This document shows, piece by piece, positions 48,706 to 57,797 of a stretch of DNA of 64,000 bases. The stretch is from a virus (Duplodnaviria; Caudoviricetes). A program made the translations under genes and the position numbers. The stretch spans positions 1 through 64,000 of the IMG/VR virus record IMGVR_UViG_3300043120_000083; one strand, given 5' to 3'. The notes beneath the pieces were generated by a model, which saw nothing but the letters and a program-made list of their open reading frames with translations, ran no database searches and had not been told where the DNA came from. The stretch's first letter is position 1; each line of letters starts with the position of its first letter.

Positions 48706-50643
48706 ATGAACCAGAAAACTTTAGAAACACTAATCACCAAAGCTAACGAGAAGTACCGGAAAGGTGAACCAATCATGTCAGACAAAGAATATGATGAAGT
48801 ATTGGAAACGTTAGCATACAAATACCCTGACAGCGAATTAGTAAAGAAAGCTGTTATAGAAGAACCGGAAGAAAGCAGAAAACAACCACTCCCGGTTCCT
48901 ATGTTCTCTTTAAACAAGGTTAAAACGTTTGAAGAACTTACTAAGTGGATTAAAAGTATTGATCTTTCTAAGGAAGATGAACTTGTTTTAACCCCTAAAT
49001 ACGATGGTATTTCTCTTTGTGTAAATGAAGCAATAGGTAAGTGTTGGACAAGAGGAAATGGTGTTGAAGGCCAAAAAAGCGACAAACATTATTCTTTAAT
49101 AGATTCACGTATAAATTGGGATATTCCTATGGGTTATACCTTTGGTGAAGCTATCATGAAAAAAGATACCTTCAATGAGAAATATAAGGGAGATTATAAA
49201 TCAGCACGTAACTACGTAGCAGGAATTTTCAATCGTAAACAAGCTATTCCAGCAACTAAAGATGTTGATTACATAAGGTATGGAAGGGTAGATTCAACAA
49301 CCGGAAGCAAATATGCACATATCCTTTCCTTAAATGAAATAAATAAGGTTAAAGTGCCTCTCCTTCTAATCAAAGTAAAAGACCTTACTGAAGAAGTTAT
49401 TGAATCATTCTTTGAAGGTAATAATCAGATTTACCAAATTGATGGTGTTGTGATAGACGTTAATGACGGTAAAAAGAGAAAAGAGTTAGGAAGGGAAGAA
49501 AACAACAACCCCCGATATGCACGTGCATATAAGAATCCAGAGTGGTCAAGCAAACATACCTCTATCGTTAAAGATGTTATTTTCAATGTGAGCAAACAAG
49601 GCAAATTAAAGCCTGTTATCTTGATTGAACCTGTAGATATTGATGGTGTAATTGTAGAAAGGGTAACAGGTTACAATGCTAAATATATTTTTGACAACAA
49701 TATTGCTAAAGCAAGCGAAATAGAGTTAACCCGGTCAGGAGATGTTATCCCTAAACATCTTAAAACGTTGACTTATATTGATGTTAATGTAGAAGGATTA
49801 GCAGATAGGGCTGTTGAATGTCCGGTATGTGGAAGTGTAACAAAATGGGATGATACATTAACTGAGATTGTTTGTACTAATATTTATTGTGAAGGCCGGA
49901 TGATTAGTAAATTTGAACACTTCTTTAAAACAATAGGGGTTGAAGAGTTTGCCAGACCTTCCATTGTTCAACTATATGAAGCAGGATTTGATAGGATTGA
50001 TTCAATTTTAAATATCCCAAAGGAAGAACTGTCTAATCTTGATGGTTGGGGAGAACGTAGTGCAGAGGTTCTTTTAGAGCAGTTTGAGCGTGTAATAACG
50101 CAAGGTTTACCGTTAGCTAAGGTTTTTCATGCTATGGATATTTTTAACGGCCAAATAGGGGAGAAAACGTGTCAATTGATAATTGATAATTATGACATTA
50201 GTGAAGGTATTGATTCTTTTTCTATTCCTGAGATAGTTAAAATAAAAGGTGTAGCAGAGAAAACAGCATGGGTATATAAAAGTGGAATTGAAGTCTTTTA
50301 CTTTGGGATGAGTCAATCTTACTGTAATTTCAACAGTGAATTACTGGAAGGGTTTATGTTACCTATTAAAATTTCCTATATCCAAACCCCTAAAAAAGAA
50401 GTAACTGGAGATAAATATAAAGGATGGAAAGTATGTTTTACAGGGGTGAGAGATAAAGAACTGGAAGAGTATATAAAAGAACAAGGAGGAGAAGTTGTTT
50501 CAGGTGTAAGCGGTAAAACAACTCATCTAATTGTGAAAGATTTGGAGAAAAAAACATTGAGTTCTTCCAAGGCTAAGAAGGCAAAAAGTATGGAAATTGA
50601 GATAATTCCAATAGAAAAATTGAGGTTTCCAGATTTTGAGTAA
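48706..50643 (+). CDS. ligA: NAD-dependent DNA ligase
   Basis: 'MFSLNK', KxDG 'PKYDGIS', 'TRGNG', 'RSGDVIP', Zn finger CPVC, BRCT 'CFTG'. ATG 48706 preferred as start. Confidence 0.95.
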   Translation: MNQKTLETLITKANEKYRKGEPIMSDKEYDEVLETLAYKYPDSELVKKAVIEEPEESRKQPLPVPMFSLNKVKTFEELTKWIKSIDLSKEDELVLTPKYDGISLCVNEAIGKCWTRGNGVEGQKSDKHYSLIDSRINWDIPMGYTFGEAIMKKDTFNEKYKGDYKSARNYVAGIFNRKQAIPATKDVDYIRYGRVDSTTGSKYAHILSLNEINKVKVPLLLIKVKDLTEEVIESFFEGNNQIYQIDGVVIDVNDGKKRKELGREENNNPRYARAYKNPEWSSKHTSIVKDVIFNVSKQGKLKPVILIEPVDIDGVIVERVTGYNAKYIFDNNIAKASEIELTRSGDVIPKHLKTLTYIDVNVEGLADRAVECPVCGSVTKWDDTLTEIVCTNIYCEGRMISKFEHFFKTIGVEEFARPSIVQLYEAGFDRIDSILNIPKEELSNLDGWGERSAEVLLEQFERVITQGLPLAKVFHAMDIFNGQIGEKTCQLIIDNYDISEGIDSFSIPEIVKIKGVAEKTAWVYKSGIEVFYFGMSQSYCNFNSELLEGFMLPIKISYIQTPKKEVTGDKYKGWKVCFTGVRDKELEEYIKEQGGEVVSGVSGKTTHLIVKDLEKKTLSSSKAKKAKSMEIEIIPIEKLRFPDFE

Positions 50644-50662
50644 TTTTTATGGTTTTTGTTTT

Positions 50663-50703
50663 AGTGCCCTGTTTTCTAACAAGTTAGCAGGGCATTTTTA
50701 TTT
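50663..50703 (+). terminator. intrinsic terminator
   Basis: GTGCCCTGTT...AGCAGGGCAT followed by TTTTATTT. Confidence 0.7.
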
Positions 50704-50829
50704 AAAATGATTTTAAATAACAAAATTTTTAAAGGTTCCAGGTTAAAATATTTTGTTGGTAAAAAAGAACCCATTATATTAGTGGTGTAATTAAAACAAA
50801 AACAAAGGCAAACACTAAAAATTGAAACC

Positions 50830-51231
50830 ATGAAAGTAGTAATTGAATCATCTCTGAATCCATCTCACGAAAAGTTTAATCAAATGATGAGAGAACTTAA
50901 TGAAGTAAATGAGAATGTGAATAATATTACATATAGTAACATATTGAGTAATATTGACATTGTTAAAGATATTAACTTAACCAAAAAATTAATGTCATTA
51001 TCTTACAAAGAATTATCAGGAGGAATAAAAGCTGTTTGGAATTACCCCAATGAAAATCCAAGTAATGTCGTAATTGCTTTTGAGAATAGTGAGCCAATTG
51101 GTGTTATTACGAATACAAATGGTAATCAAAATATATTTATTAAACCAGAATATAGAAAATTAGGAATAGGTTCAAAATTAAAGGATATTATGTATAAAAT
51201 GCGACCCGCATGTCAGGGTAAATTTTTTTAG
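50830..51231 (+). CDS. GNAT-like acetyltransferase
   Basis: Acetyl-CoA motif A 'IFIKPEYRKLGIGSKL'. Confidence 0.6.
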   Translation: MKVVIESSLNPSHEKFNQMMRELNEVNENVNNITYSNILSNIDIVKDINLTKKLMSLSYKELSGGIKAVWNYPNENPSNVVIAFENSEPIGVITNTNGNQNIFIKPEYRKLGIGSKLKDIMYKMRPACQGKFF

Positions 51232-51233
51232 TT

Positions 51234-51569
51234 ATGAGTCATTTTTCAGTATCCCCCAAGCATTACCCGGCAAACTTAGTCGGATATAAGAAATACCTAA
51301 AAGATTTAGGTATTGAGTACAGGGCTAATGAATATAATCCATTTTCGATAACCTTCTCTGAATTTAAGTCTATTGATAGACGGACAGAGAAGGAGAGGTT
51401 GAAGGATGAGTCAATGAGGATCCGTAAGGCCGTCATTTACATAGGTAATCAGCTTATAGATATACAAGATAACGGAGGAAGTCAAGAATTGTATGACTCT
51501 CTTATGATTGATTATGAAGAGAGAAAGAATCAATTAAGGATAATAGATGAAGCAAGGGGAGTCTTGTAA
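51234..51569 (+). CDS. hypothetical protein
   Basis: 111 aa ORF. Confidence 0.55.
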   Translation: MSHFSVSPKHYPANLVGYKKYLKDLGIEYRANEYNPFSITFSEFKSIDRRTEKERLKDESMRIRKAVIYIGNQLIDIQDNGGSQELYDSLMIDYEERKNQLRIIDEARGVL

Positions 51570-51641
51570 ATCTTAAAATTCGGGGATTACAGCATCCGGT
51601 TATCACACTGCAATATTGTTTAATTTATTTTTATTTTCGTT

Positions 51642-52241
51642 ATGAACAATTTACTTTCCATATTAACAGACAATAAGCAAGTTCAAGAATTTATTGAATC
51701 ATTTGATATTCACCCAACACCAGACAATAATGGCAGATTTCATGCTCCTTGCGATGGGTTTGAATACGAAGGAAAGGTTTATGGTGCTGGAGAATTTCTC
51801 CATGAAGAAGGTTATGTTCAAAAAATAAATTACAGGGTAAAGGTTAGATTGTCTGACGTTGAAAAGATCAAACAATTGCCTCAATTCATTAGAGCTGGTA
51901 AAAGCTGGGATCAGAAAGGAGAACAAGTTTGTTATGTGTACCTGAAAGTATCACAAAAACAAAAAGATAAGATTGATGATCTTAACAAATTGCCCAGAAA
52001 AGAATTAATTTTGAACGAAGATCGTAATGAAAATTGCGGACAACCTTTTATTTTAAAAATAAAAAGGAAGATTAATTATAAGATAAATGTTTTAGGTTTA
52101 GAGCCGGGAATGATTGATGCAGACTTAGAGTCTCAAGGTCTTAATGTTAATTGGTCATTTGATAAGAATGGTAAAATTCAAGTCCCTATGGAAGGAAAAG
52201 AAGTTTGCTTCCGGTATAATAACGATATTGTGAATGTTTAA
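51642..52241 (+). CDS. hypothetical protein
   Basis: 199 aa; 'GRFHAPCDGF...Y.AGEFL'. Confidence 0.6.
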   Translation: MNNLLSILTDNKQVQEFIESFDIHPTPDNNGRFHAPCDGFEYEGKVYGAGEFLHEEGYVQKINYRVKVRLSDVEKIKQLPQFIRAGKSWDQKGEQVCYVYLKVSQKQKDKIDDLNKLPRKELILNEDRNENCGQPFILKIKRKINYKINVLGLEPGMIDADLESQGLNVNWSFDKNGKIQVPMEGKEVCFRYNNDIVNV

Positions 52242-52308
52242 TTTTAATTGGGCAGAATCAATTTTAAACTTAGTAAAATAATTACAAACTACAAAAACCA
52301 AAACAACC

Positions 52309-52551
52309 ATGAAATCACTAAAAGAAACAGCACGTCAAGCAGCAATGAGAGACATCTCTAAAGTAGAAGGTAACATAGCGAAGTACCGAAGATTTGTCGG
52401 TAAATCAGGATATAAAGCTGAAGGATACAATCCTGTAAAACATTACGCTGAAGGTAAAATCTTTGATCCTTCTGATGCACCCTTTGATTACAACTTCCTA
52501 ACAGGGTTCTGTATTCGTGATTCTTTTTCTCCTGCTAAATTTAAATTCTAA
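52309..52551 (+). CDS. hypothetical protein
   Basis: 80 aa ORF after an A-rich leader. Confidence 0.55.
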   Translation: MKSLKETARQAAMRDISKVEGNIAKYRRFVGKSGYKAEGYNPVKHYAEGKIFDPSDAPFDYNFLTGFCIRDSFSPAKFKF

Positions 52552-52557
52552 ATCGCT

Positions 52558-53508
52558 ATGAAACTTTTAAAAATATCAGCAATTATAGCTTCAATATTTT
52601 CAGTAATTTTTTCTCTAAGTATTGTTTTTAATCTTAAAGAGTTTGTTGCTCCCGGTGTATTTACCTTCTCTACTATATTTGTTACCCTTCTGGTTATCTT
52701 CAATGAATGGGTGAAAGTAGGAGAACTAAGGAAACGTTATTGGGGAAAGAAATCTTCACTAACTATCATTATTATCACTTTCATTTTTTCTTTTGCAATG
52801 TCAACAACCGGGATTTACCTTTGGGTGAACCAAACACAGGAAATTGATATTGAAATTAATGATAGTTTAAGTAAGGAAAAGTTAGATATTGAAGAAAAGT
52901 ACAATCAAAAACTTGATTCAATCGACAACCTCCCTAAAGGTAGTGAATACAAAGAAGTTCTCGAACAAATAGAGTATTGGAAAGACCGTTCTCCTGCTAA
53001 TTTACAAGAAAGGCAAATGATTCGTGAAAATATAGCGGATTTAGAGACGGAAAAGAATAATCTGTACAAATCCTTCATTGAATATAGATCCGGCCTTAAA
53101 TCAAGGCTAAACAATCAAAAACAGGCTGAATTAAGCTATATTGAAACCCAAGCCAGAGGAGAAGTAAAGAAATTGAATAAAAATGATTTTCTCTCCACTA
53201 TTTTCTTCTTGATGGTAGCCTTCACAGAGTTCGTTATCATATTCATACAATACCGAATTAGTGTCTTTTATACAGAGGAACAAAGGAATGTGATAGCAAT
53301 GGTAAGAGACTTTGAATTAAGAAACCTTGATACAGTTCATATAAACAAAGTAAAGTATAGTAAACTTCACGCAATTGAAGATTTTGAAGAAATAAAACTG
53401 TTGTACAATTTATTAATAGAAGTTGGTTCTTTGGATGAGACTGGAATGATGAAAACAGGAGCCACAAATAAGATTAAGAATTACTATTCCCAGATAAATA
53501 AATTTTAA
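52558..53508 (+). CDS. membrane protein with 3+1 TM helices around a coiled coil
   Basis: Three N-terminal hydrophobic helices, coiled coil, fourth TM helix. Confidence 0.65.
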   Translation: MKLLKISAIIASIFSVIFSLSIVFNLKEFVAPGVFTFSTIFVTLLVIFNEWVKVGELRKRYWGKKSSLTIIIITFIFSFAMSTTGIYLWVNQTQEIDIEINDSLSKEKLDIEEKYNQKLDSIDNLPKGSEYKEVLEQIEYWKDRSPANLQERQMIRENIADLETEKNNLYKSFIEYRSGLKSRLNNQKQAELSYIETQARGEVKKLNKNDFLSTIFFLMVAFTEFVIIFIQYRISVFYTEEQRNVIAMVRDFELRNLDTVHINKVKYSKLHAIEDFEEIKLLYNLLIEVGSLDETGMMKTGATNKIKNYYSQINKF

Positions 53509-53512
53509 ATTC

Positions 53513-53534
53513 CCATATAAAAGATATTAATTTG
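53513..53534 (+). promoter_or_regulatory. promoter motif copy (CCATATAAAAGATATTAATTTG)
   Basis: Same 22-nt frame; 4 nt upstream of the helicase ATG. Confidence 0.6.
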
Positions 53535-53538
53535 CCGT

Positions 53539-54870
53539 ATGAATTACGTTTTAAGAGATTATCAAGAAAGGGCAGTTCAGGATGGATTAAACTTCTTCCG
53601 TTCTAAAAGCAAAAAGAATGGGTATATGGTGCTTCCTACCGCAGCAGGGAAATCAATTATCGTTGCTAATATAGCTAAACAACTGAATACCAACGTTTTA
53701 GTTTTACAACCCACCAAGGAGCTTTTATTTCAGAACCATGAAAAATTTATTTCATACGGCTATGATGCTTCAATCTACTCAGCAAGTTTTGATAGCCGGG
53801 AAGTAGGACAAGTGACTTTTGCAACGATAGGGAGTATCTACAAGAAACCTGAATTATTTAAAGATTTTCATTATATCATCATTGATGAGTGCCATTTAGC
53901 TTCCCCGGACGATAGCTCAATGCATAAAAAGTTTTTTAATGAATTGAAAGTTAAGGTTTTAGGGTTAAGTGCGACACCATTTAGGCTGAAAAGCTACAAC
54001 TTCCCAACCCGTCACTCTAAGTTAAACTTTCTTGACCGAATGAGGCCAAAGATTTTTAGTGAACTGGTTCATGTTACTCAGATTCAAGAAATGACAGAAA
54101 GAGGTTACTGGGCACCTCTGGGATACATTAGTAAGCCTTTTGACCGTTCTAAGCTTAAAGTAAATTCAACCGGAGCAAACTACACAGATGATTCTATAAA
54201 ACAAGCTATGATTGAGCAGGATGTTGTTCAACAGGCTTACGAAATGGCTTTGATATTAAAGAAAGAAGGTAGGAAGAAGATTTTAATTTTCATGCCCGAA
54301 ATAGCAATGGCTGAAGAGCTTGCTGAAATGTTAGGGGTTAATGCTGTAAGCAGTAAAACAAAGAAAAAGGAAAGGGAAGAGTATATTAATAATTTTAAGG
54401 CTGGAATTGATTTTGCTATTATAAACGTTAATGTGTTGGCTGTTGGATTTGATGATCAAAGAATAGATGCAATAATAGATGGTAAACCCACTATGTCTCT
54501 GGGTATTTATTATCAGAAGTATGGGAGAGGGGTGAGGGTTGATTTATCCACTAATCCGGTTAAGCATGATTGCCTGATTGTTGATTTGGTAGGTAACTAC
54601 GAAATGTTTGGCAAAATAGAAGATTTCATAATAAAAAAGAATGCAATAGGCAAATGGGCTTTGTTTTGTGGAGATAAGCAACTAACAAATACAGAACTTG
54701 TAAAGGATAAAAATGTAAACCTTGAAGATGAAATAATGGGGTTTGGTAAATATAAAGGAGAGCCTTTCAGGTTCATACCTAAAAGTTACTGGAGATTTAT
54801 TCGAGACAACTTCAAAAGAAGTGCAGAAAATGAGAAGTTATTTAATTATATAGAAACTATTGAATTGTAG
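53539..54870 (+). CDS. SF2 DEAD/DEAH-box helicase (YejH/UvsW-like)
   Basis: 'LRDYQ', 'LPTAAGKS', 'IIDECH', 'LSATPFR', 'QKYGRGVR'; C-terminal 'FGKYKGE' domain. Confidence 0.9.
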   Translation: MNYVLRDYQERAVQDGLNFFRSKSKKNGYMVLPTAAGKSIIVANIAKQLNTNVLVLQPTKELLFQNHEKFISYGYDASIYSASFDSREVGQVTFATIGSIYKKPELFKDFHYIIIDECHLASPDDSSMHKKFFNELKVKVLGLSATPFRLKSYNFPTRHSKLNFLDRMRPKIFSELVHVTQIQEMTERGYWAPLGYISKPFDRSKLKVNSTGANYTDDSIKQAMIEQDVVQQAYEMALILKKEGRKKILIFMPEIAMAEELAEMLGVNAVSSKTKKKEREEYINNFKAGIDFAIINVNVLAVGFDDQRIDAIIDGKPTMSLGIYYQKYGRGVRVDLSTNPVKHDCLIVDLVGNYEMFGKIEDFIIKKNAIGKWALFCGDKQLTNTELVKDKNVNLEDEIMGFGKYKGEPFRFIPKSYWRFIRDNFKRSAENEKLFNYIETIEL

Positions 54871-55078
54871 GCAAATGAATGATATGATAAAAGAAATAGT
54901 TGAGCGTAAACTAAGTTATAATAAAAAACAATTGCAGAAATTTATAGATGTAGGTAATAAATCTGCAATTCGTGACTATGAAGTAAGGTGTCATACATTA
55001 GAGGATATACTTGAAGATGCAGACGAAGCGAATGAAGGTCAACAACCAGGCAGCAACTGCAATATTACCGCATGTTAA
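54860..55078 (+). CDS. hypothetical protein of the distal cassette, possibly frameshifted from a zinc-ribbon C-terminus (55071-55178)
   Basis: 72 aa ending NCNITAC*. The +1 frame continues HVNVSVCPKCGC...WCQNEECDFVEAD*. Confidence 0.5.
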   Translation: MNCRQMNDMIKEIVERKLSYNKKQLQKFIDVGNKSAIRDYEVRCHTLEDILEDADEANEGQQPGSNCNITAC

Positions 55079-55183
55079 CGTTTCGGTTTGCCCTAAATGC
55101 GGTTGTAATAAAATTACTGGAGATGGAACGAAAAGCTGGTGTCAAAATGAAGAATGTGACTTTGTGGAGGCAGACTGAGCGTT

Positions 55184-55272
55184 AACGTCCCGGCTTGTAT
55201 GTGCCGTGCAGGCCGCACACAGTAAATTTTCACGGCACTAACTTAACAAGCATGGCATATTACAAGCTTGTT
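55184..55272. repeat. attC-like site S1
   Basis: AAC(55184), arm GCTTGTATGTGCCGTGC (55193-55209), arm GCATGGCATATTACAAGC (55250-55267), GTT(55270). Confidence 0.8.
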
Positions 55273-55575
55273 AGAAAACGTTTTAGCGCGATGGGCAATA
55301 ATATGATATCAATTCACGATTTAAAGGAAAATCTTTGTAAAAAATATTATGGGAGTAATAGAAAAGTGTATAGACAATGTGACATGAATCAACTTTTGAG
55401 AATGTGGTCTGATTTAAACCATTTAACAGAATTACATGAAAGGACTAGGCTTGTTCCTTACAACCTTGAATTTAGAAGTAAAAAAGCCATCCCTATTTAC
55501 AACGCCCACTTATCAGTATTACAGAAGAAGTACCCACATATTTTAGAATTTCAACAAATGAGGCACATACAATGA
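55252..55575 (+). CDS. cassette hypothetical protein (start uncertain: 55252, 55291 or 55303)
   Basis: Open frame; the first ATG lies inside the right arm of S1. Confidence 0.55.
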   Translation: MAYYKLVRKRFSAMGNNMISIHDLKENLCKKYYGSNRKVYRQCDMNQLLRMWSDLNHLTELHERTRLVPYNLEFRSKKAIPIYNAHLSVLQKKYPHILEFQQMRHIQ

Positions 55576-55793
55576 TTTCACAAATAGCAATTATGATTTT
55601 TGGAGCTTCAGCAATTTGGTTTGTGAGTAGAACTGAAAAATGGAAACGATGGGGCTATATATTAGGACTGTGTGGACAGCCATTTTGGATATATACAACT
55701 ATACAAAATGAACAGTGGGGAATTTTAATCATGACATTGGTTTACGCTTATTCATGGGCACAAGGAATTTGGAATTATTGGATTAAAAAATAG
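55572..55793 (+). CDS. cassette small membrane protein (PnuC/SemiSWEET-like three-helix)
   Basis: 73 aa, three TM helices, 'WGYILGLCGQPFWIY..QWG..GIWNYW'. Confidence 0.6.
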   Translation: MISQIAIMIFGASAIWFVSRTEKWKRWGYILGLCGQPFWIYTTIQNEQWGILIMTLVYAYSWAQGIWNYWIKK

Positions 55794-55797
55794 ATAT

Positions 55798-55974
55798 ATG
55801 GAAACGATTTTTACTAAATTAAGTGGTAATACTTCTGGAAATAAATATGGAGGTTATACAGATCAAAGCATTGTAATAACTCAAATAATTGATGGAGAGC
55901 AGAAAGTTATTATCCTAAATAAAAAAGAGTTAGAAGAATTAGAAAGAGTTATAGGCGCTAAATTTAAAGCTTAG
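55798..55974 (+). CDS. cassette hypothetical protein (58 aa, not in ORF track)
   Basis: METIFTKLSGNTSGNKYGGYTDQSIVITQ...AKFKA*. Confidence 0.55.
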   Translation: METIFTKLSGNTSGNKYGGYTDQSIVITQIIDGEQKVIILNKKELEELERVIGAKFKA

Positions 55975-55999
55975 ACTTGCGGGAAGGAAATGTTTTTCT

Positions 56000-56120
56000 A
56001 ACGTTGAGTATATGATTTCGGTGGCGATTGATTGCAGGACTTTTCGCATACCGACTAACTAACAAGACTGCACAGTGGTTAAATTCGACACCTTAACGCC
56101 ACTGAATTATATACATTATT
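56000..56120. repeat. attC-like site S2
   Basis: AAC(56000), GTATATGATTTCGGTGGCG (56008-56026) / CGCCACTGAATTATATAC (56097-56114), ATT(56118). Confidence 0.8.
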
Positions 56121-56199
56121 AGGTGCTGTACGGTAAATAACCGATAAACTTGATTTGAAAAACTAACGTAAAAAATTAAAAAATAGGGAGGAAATTTTT

Positions 56200-56940
56200 A
56201 TGAAATATATGGGAAGTAAAAACAGAATTGCAAAGCACATTTTACCTATAATGCTAAAATATAGAACACCTGAAATGACTTGGGTAGAACCTTTTGTTGG
56301 CGGTGCAAATATGATTGATAAGGTTGAGGGTAAAAGAATAGGTGGAGAATACAATAAGTATATTGCCGAAATGTGGAAAGCACTTGAAGCAGGATGGATT
56401 CCAAGAAGCGACTATACGAAGGACGATTACTACAACATAAAGGCGAATATGGATAGAAACCCTGCTGAAGCGGGATATGTTGGGATTGCAGTAAGTTATT
56501 GTGGTAAGTGGTTTGGTGGATATGCTGGACTTTGCGACAATAAAAGCCGTGGGCCTGTTGACTACCAAAAACAGGCATACAACAACTTAATAAAGCAATT
56601 GCCAAATATTAAAGGTATTAAATTTATACATAGTAGCTACCAAGACTTAGAAATACCACCAAATAGCCTTATTTATTGCGATCCTCCTTATGAAAGTACA
56701 ACAAAATACAAAGACGACTTTAACCATGCTGAATTTTGGCAATGGTGTAGAGACAAATCAAAAGAAGGACACACCGTATTTGTGAGTGAATATAATGCTC
56801 CAGATGATTTCTACTGCATTAAAAAGGTACAAACAAATACGCAACTTGGAAATGGCTGCCAGACAGGAAGCCAAAATAAGTGCGATAAACTTTTTACCCC
56901 AATGGCTGCGATAGCAGACAAAGAGCGTGGGCTTTTTTAA
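56200..56940 (+). CDS. cassette-borne Dam-like (D12 class) DNA adenine methyltransferase
   Basis: 'KYMGSK', 'EPFVGGAN', 'YCDPPY', 'VFVSEY'. Confidence 0.88.
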   Translation: MKYMGSKNRIAKHILPIMLKYRTPEMTWVEPFVGGANMIDKVEGKRIGGEYNKYIAEMWKALEAGWIPRSDYTKDDYYNIKANMDRNPAEAGYVGIAVSYCGKWFGGYAGLCDNKSRGPVDYQKQAYNNLIKQLPNIKGIKFIHSSYQDLEIPPNSLIYCDPPYESTTKYKDDFNHAEFWQWCRDKSKEGHTVFVSEYNAPDDFYCIKKVQTNTQLGNGCQTGSQNKCDKLFTPMAAIADKERGLF

Positions 56941-56995
56941 TTTTTGGTAATATACTACGAACCTTCATTAAGAGAACGAAGGCAGTATTGCACCT

Positions 56996-57268
56996 AACGG
57001 TAAATGCAAGGGTATGTGCTGCCTTGAAAACTGTACAAAAGTAGATACGAGTAAATAACGATTAAATAATTAAGCGATGGCAAAAATTAATGAATTTGAG
57101 ATAAGCATGGTTTGTTATAATGAAGATAACAAATACACATTAGAAGAAATAAACGATATGCTTGTAGAATGGGCTGAAAGTAAAGATATATACTTAGGTG
57201 GCTCTGTTAAACCGTGTGCGCCGGAGGAAACTTCGGACGAGAGCGCAGCATTACCTTTGCATGGTGTT
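56996..57268. repeat. attC-like site S3 with 222-nt coding loop
   Basis: AAC(56996), ATGCAAGGGTATGTGCTGC (57004-57022) / GCAGCATTACCTTTGCAT (57245-57262), GTT(57266). Confidence 0.75.
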
Positions 57269-57391
57269 AGCCAACAACGTGAACTGTTATTGGCTTTTGC
57301 TAAATGGGAGTACGAAAGTGCAGAATTTGACGACACTAACGAATACTTAGTTGACAAGTTTTTGGAAGAAAAAGCCAATAATTGTGGCTAA
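57077..57391 (+). CDS. cassette hypothetical protein reading through site S3
   Basis: 104 aa. 'AALPLHGVSQQRELL' is encoded by the right arm and GTT box; the stop TAA overlaps the next AAC box. Confidence 0.7.
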   Translation: MAKINEFEISMVCYNEDNKYTLEEINDMLVEWAESKDIYLGGSVKPCAPEETSDESAALPLHGVSQQRELLLAFAKWEYESAEFDDTNEYLVDKFLEEKANNCG

Positions 57392-57514
57392 CGTCAAACT
57401 TGTATAAAATGGCGGGGATATGTAGCACTGACGTATCAACCCGGCATAAACCTTAAATAACAGTGCAAGCGGGCTAAAAAGTCACCACAACCCCGCTTTT
57501 TTATACAAATTGTT
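57390..57514. repeat. attC-like site S4
   Basis: AAC(57390), TTGTATAAAATGGCGGGG (57400-57417) / CCCCGCTTTTTTATACAA (57491-57508), GTT(57512). Confidence 0.8.
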
Positions 57515-57531
57515 GTGGTGCGTTTTTGTTT

Positions 57532-57789
57532 ATGTTTGACAATTGCATATCACAATTAAGGCACGATGTTCAGAAATATCAGGATATATTGAACGCTATT
57601 GAACAGGCTCAACAAAAATTACCTGAGTTTAAAGTAAAGGGCCCTGGGTCAAAGCATGAGTTTTATCTCAATTGTATTGAAGACTGGAAAAAACAAATTG
57701 AAGAATTAGAGGTCACACTTTTACCATCTATGAAAGAATTTGAAGAAAAATATAAAAACAAACACCATTTAAAGGAATTGGGTTTTTAA
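57532..57789 (+). CDS. cassette hypothetical coiled-coil protein
   Basis: 85 aa from ATG 57532; fills the segment between the GTT and AAC boxes. Confidence 0.6.
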   Translation: MFDNCISQLRHDVQKYQDILNAIEQAQQKLPEFKVKGPGSKHEFYLNCIEDWKKQIEELEVTLLPSMKEFEEKYKNKHHLKELGF

Positions 57790-57797
57790 TGCACCAC

